From Patescibacteria group bacterium (GTDB lineage: Bacteria > Patescibacteriota > Minisyncoccia > Minisyncoccales > Staskawiczbacteraceae), in NCBI GenBank assembly GCA_038065715.1, contig JBBTQL010000011.1, forward strand, positions 2,509 to 66,508: a DNA stretch of 64,000 nucleotides. Reading direction: 5' to 3'. A model generated the notes under the pieces. That model saw only the letters and a list, made by a program, of their open reading frames with translations. It was not told the origin of the DNA and did no database searches. Positions 33,865 through 42,262 of the stretch are shown here, piece after piece; within the stretch, counting starts at the first letter, position 1; every line of letters starts with the position of its first letter. The translations under genes and the position numbers were made by a program.

Positions 33865-34854
33865 TTAGCTTTTTAAACGTTGAATTAATTTTTCTGAACT
33901 CTCGTCAATATTATCAATGTCGCAATAGTCGTTCATCGTACAGTCTTTGCAAGGTTCTGTTTTATTTTTATTTCCACGTAAATGTTCAATCTGCAAATTT
34001 CTCAATTTCTTCCCATTCCAAATTTCAAAAAGTGAATTCTTATTTATATCCCCTATTACATTTACTCTTTTCCAATCAACACAACAGGGAACAACTTCGC
34101 CATCTGCTTGGACCTGAAAACCCTTGAACATCTGCACGCAAACCCTGCGCTTAGTAAGCTCTCCTCCATACCTAAATTCATTGGGATTATAATCAAGGTC
34201 CAACTGAGGCCACATGGGAACCAATTTTTCAATATATATTTCATTGCAACGGTTACTAAACATGTTCAAAAACTTTGTTTTTTCTTTTTCAGAAGAAATA
34301 GCTTTACTGTGGATTTTAATATGAAGCGTGCATTTTCCCCTGTTTTTATACAGCAAGCCTACCTTGTCCAACAAGTTCTGAAAATTTATTTTTAAACCGC
34401 TGGTTTGCTGATAATCATCAGATGACAATCCTTCAATCGAAATAATTATCCTGTCGGCAAAACGAGGCAAAGTTTTTGCCAGATCATCTGTAAGTAATAT
34501 GCCGTTGCTTATAAATTCTATTCTTTCTGCAAGATTTTTTTCTTTGGCATATTGCAACATTTTTACAATATCTTTATTTGTCAAAGGCTCTCCATTCCCG
34601 CAAACGCGTAATAATTTAACTTTATTCGGAAATTCAGCTAAGTCGTCTATTAATTTTTTAAATAATTTTAAGGACATCAAACTCTTTTTTAACGCCTTCC
34701 CTCCAGTGCTTTGCGGACAAAAAATACACTTTAAATTACAAAACCCTGACGGTTCAATATATACAACAAGCGGCGTTGTAAGAGGAATATTATCCTGCAA
34801 TATCAGACGCTCATCTTGATGCACTTGAGATGTTATTTTTGCTTTTGTGTTCAT
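33865..34854 (-). CDS. radical SAM enzyme, SPASM/twitch-type C-terminus
   Basis: 329 aa. It has SGFCNLKCIFC. The C-terminal cysteines are CVQMF...PCCVDW...CKDC. Confidence 0.75.
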   Translation of the reverse strand: MNTKAKITSQVHQDERLILQDNIPLTTPLVVYIEPSGFCNLKCIFCPQSTGGKALKKSLMSLKLFKKLIDDLAEFPNKVKLLRVCGNGEPLTNKDIVKMLQYAKEKNLAERIEFISNGILLTDDLAKTLPRFADRIIISIEGLSSDDYQQTSGLKINFQNLLDKVGLLYKNRGKCTLHIKIHSKAISSEKEKTKFLNMFSNRCNEIYIEKLVPMWPQLDLDYNPNEFRYGGELTKRRVCVQMFKGFQVQADGEVVPCCVDWKRVNVIGDINKNSLFEIWNGKKLRNLQIEHLRGNKNKTEPCKDCTMNDYCDIDNIDESSEKLIQRLKS

Positions 34855-34862
34855 ATTTATTT

Positions 34863-35351
34863 TTATATATATTTTTTATACATATTTTGGCACTTTAAAA
34901 AACCTGGCGGGCAAGTTTTATGCCATTTAAGATAGCCCGAATCCTTAATAGATAAATTTTTATTTTTTAACACAACTTTGTTGGAGAGAAAGCATTTATA
35001 TAATAAAGATATAAAATGCCCCCGCGTTTCCTGTTTTGATATCAGCTGATAAATTCCCATGGGGTTGGGTTCAAATTTGACCTTTGCGCCAATTTCCTGC
35101 ATTGCAACTTTTTGTATTCTCGCTTCTGTTTTTTCTTTAAATCTTATAATGCCGCCAGGAATATGCCAGCCTTTATAAAATTCATCATCTCTCCAAGCTA
35201 AAAGCGTACGGCCCTTTTCATCTTTTATCAGCAAATCAACATTTATCATTGGCGTGATTCTACTTATAAAAAAGAATATTTCTTGAGGCAAGCCTTTTGA
35301 AGGGTTTTTAATTTGATTCTCTAAAAATTTTATTGCTATTTTTGTGTCCAT
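34863..35351 (-). CDS. Nudix-family protein, GDP-mannose mannosyl hydrolase (NudD/WcaH)-like
   Basis: 162 aa. It has a modified Nudix box, GGIIRFKEKTEARIQKVAMQEIGA (G-x5-E-x7 followed by a degenerate REUxEExGU), comparable to the altered box of E. coli Gmm as I recall it. Confidence 0.6.
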   Translation of the reverse strand: MDTKIAIKFLENQIKNPSKGLPQEIFFFISRITPMINVDLLIKDEKGRTLLAWRDDEFYKGWHIPGGIIRFKEKTEARIQKVAMQEIGAKVKFEPNPMGIYQLISKQETRGHFISLLYKCFLSNKVVLKNKNLSIKDSGYLKWHKTCPPGFLKCQNMYKKYI

Positions 35352-35365
35352 ATTTTTATTTTTGA

Positions 35366-36877
35366 TTAATCAATATTTAACCAATGAGTTAATTTGGTCT
35401 TTCTATTTTCGTTTTCTGCTATTTTTTCGTCGTCATAAAAAGAATCGTTTTTAAAATGAGTGGTTGATATTTCTTCAAGAATTGCCCCGTTTTTTGTTTT
35501 AAAATCATGCTTTGCCCCTCTTTGCACCAAAATAATATCTCCTGGCTTATATTCTTTTTCTATTCCGTCAAGATTTATTGCAAGATCTCCATATAAAATT
35601 TGGAATGTTTCTTCTTTCTGCTTATGCATATGCATAGGATGGCTTTGGTTAGGAAACAAAACAATTAATTTTTTGCAATATTCCCTATTCACACATGTAA
35701 TAATTACAGCTCCATGGTTATAAAAATCATCTATGCCGTAATGGTGGGAAATTTCAATTTCCAATCTGTTAGGAAGAGCTATTTTTGCTTCTTCTAAAAA
35801 TTTTCTCATCTGGGTTATAATCTCATATGTTTTTTCCCTGGTATTTGCTTGTTTTAAATCGGAAACAATTATAGGATCTTTTTCGTTTATATCTTTTTGT
35901 GCAGTATAATCTGCATATTTTGACATATCATTTGCTAAAAGCTGGTTTTCTATGTTGGGCCAGGCAAAAAATACATTTGATAAATCTATTTTCTGTCCGC
36001 TTTGTATTTTTTGTTTTGCAAAAACACCTCTTTTAAATTGCTTTAAATCTGCCAATTCTTTTTCTGAAAAACTATGCCTTTCGTTTAAAACGCCACAAGT
36101 GTCAAAAGCTTGTTTTGCGGAATTTAGCCAATTTTTCACCTGCTCTGGAACAGCTGAATAAGCATTAAGCTCTATTCCTTCAGCTTTTACTCCAACATGT
36201 TTTTCAAGCACTGTTGCTCCTTTAGCAATGGCTATTTTAATTGAATCAAAATTATCCGGAGATTCGTGGGTTGAGTATCCTACCTCTATTCCAGGATAAC
36301 GTTTCAAAATTAAATCAAGCTGGTTAAGTTGTAAATTTTCAACCGCTGTAGGATATTCGCCTATGCAATGCATTAATGTTAATCTTTTTTCTCTGTGGCT
36401 AAAAAAACTAACCGCCTTGTCTATGTGCTCCAAAGGAGCTCCAGCAGTAGAGGCAATAATGGGCTTATTTGTTGCTGTAATTTTTTCTAAAAGCGGCCAA
36501 TCGGTAAAAGAGCAACTGGCTATTTTAATAATGTCAAAATTAAGCTTTTCAATTAAGTCAACCGAGTTTTCATCAAAAGGCGTGCAAATTGAAATAAATC
36601 CCAATTTTTCAATTTCGTCTTTTAGTGCCTTAAATTGCTCTTCGTTTAATTTTGTTTCAGAAAAACGCTTTACATATTTTAAATCAGTTCTATTTTGATA
36701 ATCTTGATGAATAAAAGTTGGTATATCCCTTGCTTGCAATTTAAAAGCAAAATTAAAAGGAAAATTTTTACTCACCTCATAAATTTCCCGAATAATTTTC
36801 AATCCGTGTTCAACATTCCCCTGATGATTGTTTGCCATTTCAAAAATAAACAATGGCCTTAGATTAATGTTTTTCAT
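35366..36877 (-). CDS. NeuB-family (sialic-acid-synthase-like) PEP-condensing enzyme fused to a C-terminal cupin
   Basis: 503 aa. The N-terminus has PLFIFEMANNHQG...FKLQ, ICTPFD and KIASCS, matching the NeuB TIM barrel. The C-terminus has SHPMHMHKQKEETFQILYG...PGDIILVQRGAKHDF, matching a cupin. Confidence 0.7.
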   Translation of the reverse strand: MKNINLRPLFIFEMANNHQGNVEHGLKIIREIYEVSKNFPFNFAFKLQARDIPTFIHQDYQNRTDLKYVKRFSETKLNEEQFKALKDEIEKLGFISICTPFDENSVDLIEKLNFDIIKIASCSFTDWPLLEKITATNKPIIASTAGAPLEHIDKAVSFFSHREKRLTLMHCIGEYPTAVENLQLNQLDLILKRYPGIEVGYSTHESPDNFDSIKIAIAKGATVLEKHVGVKAEGIELNAYSAVPEQVKNWLNSAKQAFDTCGVLNERHSFSEKELADLKQFKRGVFAKQKIQSGQKIDLSNVFFAWPNIENQLLANDMSKYADYTAQKDINEKDPIIVSDLKQANTREKTYEIITQMRKFLEEAKIALPNRLEIEISHHYGIDDFYNHGAVIITCVNREYCKKLIVLFPNQSHPMHMHKQKEETFQILYGDLAINLDGIEKEYKPGDIILVQRGAKHDFKTKNGAILEEISTTHFKNDSFYDDEKIAENENRKTKLTHWLNID

Positions 36878-36937
36878 AATTATTTCACGACAATATTTTT
36901 TAAATATTCGTCTTTAATTATAAAATTTTTATCTATT

Positions 36938-37816
36938 TTATTTATGTTTATTTATGTTTTCTTTATAATATTTGAATAATTTTTCTATTCCCTTTTTATA
37001 TTCGGTAAATTTTAGTTGCGGGATTTCGTTTTTTAATCTGCTGTTATCTGCAGTATATTCATTATTTAACTCTTTATTTAAAACTATAATTTTTGATTTA
37101 TAATCTGAAACTTCGTTGACAATAGTGGCGATTGAAATTAGGTCTATGGATTTATCAGGAACAGAATTATAATTTTGAAATTTGGATTTATTCATAATAA
37201 AATAATCTGCAATAGATATCAGGTCGTCAATAAAAAGATAATCAAAAACAACGTTCTGATTAATAACTATATCTTGCTTTAAAAGATTTTTAACAATAAC
37301 ATTGGACACAAATTTAAACCTATAGTCTTCATATTTTCCATAAACGCCAAATAAATTTAAACAAACTATGTCCTTTGTTTTTTCTGCATACTCTGAACAA
37401 ACATATTTATAAAGGCCATACTCATCTGCTGGAATAAATTTTCCAAGTTCAGTTTCTTTAATTTTTTTCAAGCTTCGTGTTTTATCATACATGGCTCCCG
37501 ATCCGAAAAAAATCATTCTTTTATAAAAATTTTTTGGCTTAATTAAACTGAAAAAAGTCTTAAGGCTGTTTATTAGCCGCCCGGCAGAGCCTTCTTCTTT
37601 TTCCTGGCCCGGCCCGCCTGTTGAAACGGCATTAATCACTAAATCTACAGGATTTTTTTCTAAATATTTAAAAACTTCTGCTTCTTTTCTTAAATCCAGC
37701 TCTTGTTTTGAGGGAGCCAAAAATTCATATTTCTTGCCCAAAGATTCTAAAATATTGCGGCCAATAAAACCCGTTCCCCCAAGCAATAAAATTTTATTTT
37801 TTTCAGATTGTTTCAT
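36938..37816 (-). CDS. NAD(P)-dependent epimerase/reductase (SDR)
   Basis: 292 aa. It has LLGGTGFIGRNI and YGLYKY (YxxxK). Confidence 0.7.
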   Translation of the reverse strand: MKQSEKNKILLLGGTGFIGRNILESLGKKYEFLAPSKQELDLRKEAEVFKYLEKNPVDLVINAVSTGGPGQEKEEGSAGRLINSLKTFFSLIKPKNFYKRMIFFGSGAMYDKTRSLKKIKETELGKFIPADEYGLYKYVCSEYAEKTKDIVCLNLFGVYGKYEDYRFKFVSNVIVKNLLKQDIVINQNVVFDYLFIDDLISIADYFIMNKSKFQNYNSVPDKSIDLISIATIVNEVSDYKSKIIVLNKELNNEYTADNSRLKNEIPQLKFTEYKKGIEKLFKYYKENINKHK

Positions 37817-38879
37817 AACTTTTTATAATTCTTGCAAATCCTTGCTCTAAGGAATGTTTTGGCTCCCAGCCAAGTCCGATAATTCTGGAAGTGTCCAAAA
37901 AATGGCGCTCAATTTTGCTTTTTATATATCCTTCCTGAAAAATTTCTTTTCTTTCCACTTTTAAGTTTTTTTCAGGAAACAATCCTGCTAGCAAATTGGC
38001 AAGATCTAAAATGCTAGTTTCTCCTTTATTATCAGCAACATTATAGGCCTTTCCATTTTCTCCTTTTAGTAAAACAAGAAAAAAAGCAACGGTTGCGTCG
38101 GCAATATAGCAAAATGTTCTGACCGCTTTTCCGTCGCTTTTCATGGTAATATTCCTGTTGTTTATTATATCAGAAACAAAATCTGCGTAAACCCTTCCGT
38201 CATCAAGCCGCACGCCGGGTCCGTAAGTATGCGCAGGCCTGACTATTTTTGTAGGAACTCCGTACTGATGAAGCCAGCACGCACACATTGTTTCAGCCAT
38301 TCTTTTGCTTTCGCCATAACAAGAAGCAACGTCTGTTGGGTCTAAAGAGCCAAAAGTATTTTCTTTTATTTTAACATCTTTTTCAGCAAATTCTCCGTAA
38401 ACCAGCCCGGCTGAAAAAAACAAGAAACTTTCAACTTTTTTTTCTCTGGCAAGATCTAAAAGGTTTTTAGTTCCTAAAATATTTGCAGACAAAGTTCCAA
38501 CTGGATCTTTCCCATAATATTTAGGGCTTGCCTGGCTTGCTGTATGAATTATAAAATGAATCTCATCTTTTATTTCAATTGGCTGACAAATATCCTGCAC
38601 AATAGGCATAAAATCATTTCTGTTTTTATAGCTTTCAAACCTGTCTTTATTCCTATCTAAAGCAAAAACTTTTGCTTTATTTTTAAATTTATTTTCGTTT
38701 AAAAATAAAATGGTTTCAACAAGATAATTAGCCAAAAAACCATTAGCTCCTGATATGAGTATATTTTTTCCTTCCATAGCCTGCCATGGAACATCTGAAT
38801 CAATAATAAATTTTAAATCTTGTTCAATAATTGCGTTTCTCATTTGTTTATTTATTGGGTAAAGTTTATATGGGAACAT
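37803..38879 (-). CDS. NAD-dependent epimerase/dehydratase (extended SDR)
   Basis: 358 aa. It has ISGANGFLANYL, YGESKRMAE and RPAHTYGPG. Confidence 0.75.
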   Translation of the reverse strand: MFPYKLYPINKQMRNAIIEQDLKFIIDSDVPWQAMEGKNILISGANGFLANYLVETILFLNENKFKNKAKVFALDRNKDRFESYKNRNDFMPIVQDICQPIEIKDEIHFIIHTASQASPKYYGKDPVGTLSANILGTKNLLDLAREKKVESFLFFSAGLVYGEFAEKDVKIKENTFGSLDPTDVASCYGESKRMAETMCACWLHQYGVPTKIVRPAHTYGPGVRLDDGRVYADFVSDIINNRNITMKSDGKAVRTFCYIADATVAFFLVLLKGENGKAYNVADNKGETSILDLANLLAGLFPEKNLKVERKEIFQEGYIKSKIERHFLDTSRIIGLGWEPKHSLEQGFARIIKSYETI

Positions 38880-40524
38880 TAAACATGTCTGCGTAATTTC
38901 GCCAAAAAGGCTGTTCTACTGTAATTGTTTTTGCTTTATTCATATATTCCTGCGCTTTTTCTGAATTGCCGAGTTTTTCGTAGCATTTTGCGGCATAATA
39001 ATATGCAATGGCGTGGTCGTTTTTTGAGCTTAGCGCATGCTCAAACCCCAATAATGCTGTTTTGTAATTGCCTAAACGAAAATCATTATTTTCTACAAAA
39101 TTTAATTCTAAATTCAACATATATGCTTTTTTTTGTATGTAATCTGACGTAAAATCTTCTGTTTGGACAACCGCTCTCCTAAAATCCGCGCCAACATATC
39201 CTCCCGCAAGATAATTTTTTTCTTTGCATATTTCATACATTTCACTTCCCGCAAGAGGGCCAGCACAGTGTATATGAAACCAGTTTGCGCCAATAGTTTT
39301 TAAAAATAATCTCGCGTCCTCAATATCTTTTTTTGTCTCTCCGGGAAGCCCTATTAATACATTCGCGTCCGTATATATCCCTAATTCTCGGCAGTCATCA
39401 ACTACTCGTTTTACTATAGAAAGATTAAGAGGCTTATGCATAATTTCCTTTAAAACCCTTTCGCTTCCAGATTCAACCGGCAAAATAAGAGAATTTATTC
39501 CCGCGCTTTTTAGGGCGCAAAGCATCTCCTTATCAAGGGCGAACAGGGCTAATCCCTGAAAAACAGCCGCCATTTTCAATTCTTTTAGCATATCAATAAT
39601 TAAAAGCGCCCTTTTTCTGTCCAGTAAAAACTGGTCGTCCTGAAAAAAAATAATTTTTGCTCCATATTGGTCTCGAAGCCGTTTTAAATCCTCTCTCACC
39701 CGGTCTAAACTATGATAACGCATTTTTCTTCCGTGAACTGAATGCGATGCGCAAAAACAGCAGCGAAAAGGGCAGCCCCTTGATGTTATAATGTGGAAGT
39801 TTTGCTTTTTCTCCTCTTCCTTGATCGATTCATTAATATGGGCAAAACTTGTTATGCCTGGATTCACCGCATATTCTTTTATTTCACAAAGGTCATAATC
39901 ATAAAATGGTATTTCATCAAGATTTTCAATAAAATCATATTTGAAAGACTGGCCATTTTTAATTTTTTTTCTTGTAATCCATGATGGGTTATCCTCAAGA
40001 TATTTTATTTTGTCATCAGCTTTTACAAGTTCTAATAATGGCTTTTCTCCTTCGCCGTAGCATAGAGCGTCAAAACATTCGCTATTTTTAAATATTTCAT
40101 CTGGCATGTTTGTAGGTATTCCGCCACCGGCTATTATAACAGCATTTGGAAATGCGCTACGGCAGTACTGCGCAATATCAAGCATACTTTGGTATGCTGG
40201 CGTGAATAATGCAGATATGGCTATTATATCAGGGGTATAACCTGCAAAATTTGGCCCTGAAAAAAAATTAAGAAAAAAATCTGCAAAGGAACTGAATTCG
40301 AAGCTTGCCAGTTTATTTAAAATAATATTAAAATCCACTAACTTAGTTTCTGCTTTAGCATTTTTTTTTACATAGGCGCTTAAAGATAATACTCCCAAGG
40401 GCATTTCAGTAGATACGCTTCCAAAATTTCCATACTTTTTTTGCACCGTTCTTGCATTGAAAAAGGGGTTGATGAAATCATCAAATGTAATATGCGGCGG
40501 AATTATAAATAAAATTTTATTCAT
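38866..40524 (-). CDS. B12-binding-domain radical SAM enzyme (class B) with C-terminal TPR-like region
   Basis: 552 aa. It has SRGCPFRCCFC. The protein is colinear with 29947..31587, and the two share long nearly identical nucleotide stretches (for example around 39700-39770 versus 30800-30870). Confidence 0.8.
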   Translation of the reverse strand: MNKILFIIPPHITFDDFINPFFNARTVQKKYGNFGSVSTEMPLGVLSLSAYVKKNAKAETKLVDFNIILNKLASFEFSSFADFFLNFFSGPNFAGYTPDIIAISALFTPAYQSMLDIAQYCRSAFPNAVIIAGGGIPTNMPDEIFKNSECFDALCYGEGEKPLLELVKADDKIKYLEDNPSWITRKKIKNGQSFKYDFIENLDEIPFYDYDLCEIKEYAVNPGITSFAHINESIKEEEKKQNFHIITSRGCPFRCCFCASHSVHGRKMRYHSLDRVREDLKRLRDQYGAKIIFFQDDQFLLDRKRALLIIDMLKELKMAAVFQGLALFALDKEMLCALKSAGINSLILPVESGSERVLKEIMHKPLNLSIVKRVVDDCRELGIYTDANVLIGLPGETKKDIEDARLFLKTIGANWFHIHCAGPLAGSEMYEICKEKNYLAGGYVGADFRRAVVQTEDFTSDYIQKKAYMLNLELNFVENNDFRLGNYKTALLGFEHALSSKNDHAIAYYYAAKCYEKLGNSEKAQEYMNKAKTITVEQPFWRNYADMFNVPI

Positions 40525-41468
40525 GCCTGATAAAAATTTTTATGCCAATTATATGTTTCTTTTATTCCTTGTTCAAAACTCGTTTCAGGCTGCCAGCCCA
40601 ACATAGTTTTTGCTTTTGACCAATCAAGATATTGTTCTGGTATTTCGTTTTTCGCAATATTCAAAATTTTATAATTTATTTTTATCCCTAAGGCCTGTTC
40701 TGATTTTTTCACAACATCTATTACATTAAAAACATTTTTGCTTCCAAAATTAAACGCCTCGCCAAAACTTTTTTTGTGGTTGGCTAATTTTATGCATCCT
40801 GCAACAATATCTTTAATATACGTATATTCTCTTATCATTTTTCCGTTGCTTCTTATTAAAAGCTCTTTGTTTTTTATGGAAGCCTCTATGGCGCCTGGAA
40901 TCAATCTCGAAAAATTGTAGTCTCCTGGCCCAAAAACATTGCTGAATCTTGTAATGACAACGGGCAAGCCATATGTTTTAAAATATGTCTGGGCAATTAA
41001 ATCAGCTGATGATTTTGAAGCATCGTATGGGTGGTCGCCCCTTAATGGCGAATGTTCTTTATAAGGAAGCTCGCTTGATTTTCCATATGCCTTATCTGAA
41101 GAAACAACGATAACTGTTTCTAAATTTTTCTGTTTTCTGCAAGCTTCCAAAACATTAACAGTGCCCATAACGTTTGTTTCTATAGCCTCAAAGGGGTTTT
41201 TATATGCCTCTTCAACAAGAGGCTGCGCCGCCAAATGAAATACTATATTTGGCTTTTCATTTTCAAAAATTTCTGAAACTTTTTTGCTCCTGACATCTGC
41301 TTTATAAAACTTAGCTTTCTTATCTATATTTTCTTTTTTGCCAGAAGACAAATTATCTATTACAACAACTTTATTGTTTTGCCTTATAAGTTCAGCAACC
41401 AAATTACTGCCTATAAATCCAGCTCCCCCTGTTACTAAAATTGTTTTTAATTTTGCCATATTTTCCAT
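40521..41468 (-). CDS. NDP-hexose 4,6-dehydratase-like SDR (candidate CDP-glucose 4,6-dehydratase)
   Basis: It has TGGAGFIGSNL, SSDKAYG, YDASKSSAD and RFSNVFGPGD. The track start at 41528 lies deep inside the upstream gene. The Mets at 41468 (MENMAKLK) or 41459 are more plausible starts. It is adjacent to rfbF. Confidence 0.7.
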   Translation of the reverse strand: MENMAKLKTILVTGGAGFIGSNLVAELIRQNNKVVVIDNLSSGKKENIDKKAKFYKADVRSKKVSEIFENEKPNIVFHLAAQPLVEEAYKNPFEAIETNVMGTVNVLEACRKQKNLETVIVVSSDKAYGKSSELPYKEHSPLRGDHPYDASKSSADLIAQTYFKTYGLPVVITRFSNVFGPGDYNFSRLIPGAIEASIKNKELLIRSNGKMIREYTYIKDIVAGCIKLANHKKSFGEAFNFGSKNVFNVIDVVKKSEQALGIKINYKILNIAKNEIPEQYLDWSKAKTMLGWQPETSFEQGIKETYNWHKNFYQA

Positions 41469-42229
41469 TTTGGGTCTTTCTCCCAAAGTTCGTTTAAAAC
41501 TACGAAATCCCTGTATGTGTCCATGCAATACCAGTAACCATCGTGCTTATATAAAGCAAGTTGTTTCTCTGGTATTAATCTCAATAAGGCGTCTTCTATC
41601 ATATCGCCTGGCTTTAAATAGTTTAAAAATTCTTTGTTAAAAACCATAAACCCGCCATTAACATAATCAAAAAGTACTGGTTTTTGGGCAAATTCAGTAA
41701 CTATGCTGTTTATATCTGAATTCACTAATCCCCATCTTGCAGCAGGATGAACTCCTGTAATAGTTGCTATTTTACCGTGGCTTTTATGAAATTCTAACAG
41801 TTTATTAATAGCAATGTCGGCAACGCCGTCTCCATAAGTAACCATAAAAATATCATCTTGGATATGTTTTTTAATTCTCAAAATCCTTTCGCCATGTGGA
41901 GTTTCCAAACCAGTTTCAGCAAAGGTTATGTCAAAATTATCTTCCTGCACGTTATCTAAAAAATTACTAACCTTGCCGTCTTTAAAATTTAAAGAAAAAT
42001 CGCAGGTATAAAATTTTTGCTTTAAAAAATAATCTTTAATATAGTTTCCCTTATATCCCAGCGCAAAAATAAAATTATTGTAGCCATAATGATTGTAAAT
42101 TTTCATAATATGCCACAAAATTGGCTTTCCGCCTACTTCTACCATGGGTTTTGGCTTAAATTCAGTTTCTTCTTTTAACCTAGTTCCCATTCCCCCGCAA
42201 AGAATTATAGTTTTTATTTGATTATTCAT
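41447..42229 (-). CDS. rfbF: glucose-1-phosphate cytidylyltransferase
   Basis: 260 aa. ILCGGMGTRLKEETEFKPKPMVEVGGKPILWHIMKIY matches the N-terminus of RfbF/DdhA as I recall it. Confidence 0.85.
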   Translation of the reverse strand: MNNQIKTIILCGGMGTRLKEETEFKPKPMVEVGGKPILWHIMKIYNHYGYNNFIFALGYKGNYIKDYFLKQKFYTCDFSLNFKDGKVSNFLDNVQEDNFDITFAETGLETPHGERILRIKKHIQDDIFMVTYGDGVADIAINKLLEFHKSHGKIATITGVHPAARWGLVNSDINSIVTEFAQKPVLFDYVNGGFMVFNKEFLNYLKPGDMIEDALLRLIPEKQLALYKHDGYWYCMDTYRDFVVLNELWEKDPKWKIWQN

Positions 42230-42262
42230 AGTAAAAAAATTACTAATAATATTTAAATGATA

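Noticed and set aside
26725-34854. SPASM-type radical SAM genes could indicate a RiPP (peptide natural product) cluster.
   Set aside because: There is no intergenic space for a precursor peptide (gaps of 5-18 nt or overlaps). No protease/transporter pair and no PqqD/RRE-like ORF is visible. All neighbours are nucleotide-sugar enzymes. The question remains open to a proper RRE search.
36941-36960. A 10-nt direct duplication, tttatgttta/tttatgtttt, at the 3' end of the SDR gene.
   Set aside because: It is a trivial low-complexity duplication that encodes the last few residues (NINKHK). It has no further copies and no associated structure.
41469-41528. A 20-codon N-terminal extension of the dehydratase-like gene (track start at 41528).
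   Set aside because: The extension lies deep inside the rfbF coding region and precedes the Rossmann motif by an unusually long, basic segment. Internal Mets at 41468 and 41459 give a conventional N-terminus.
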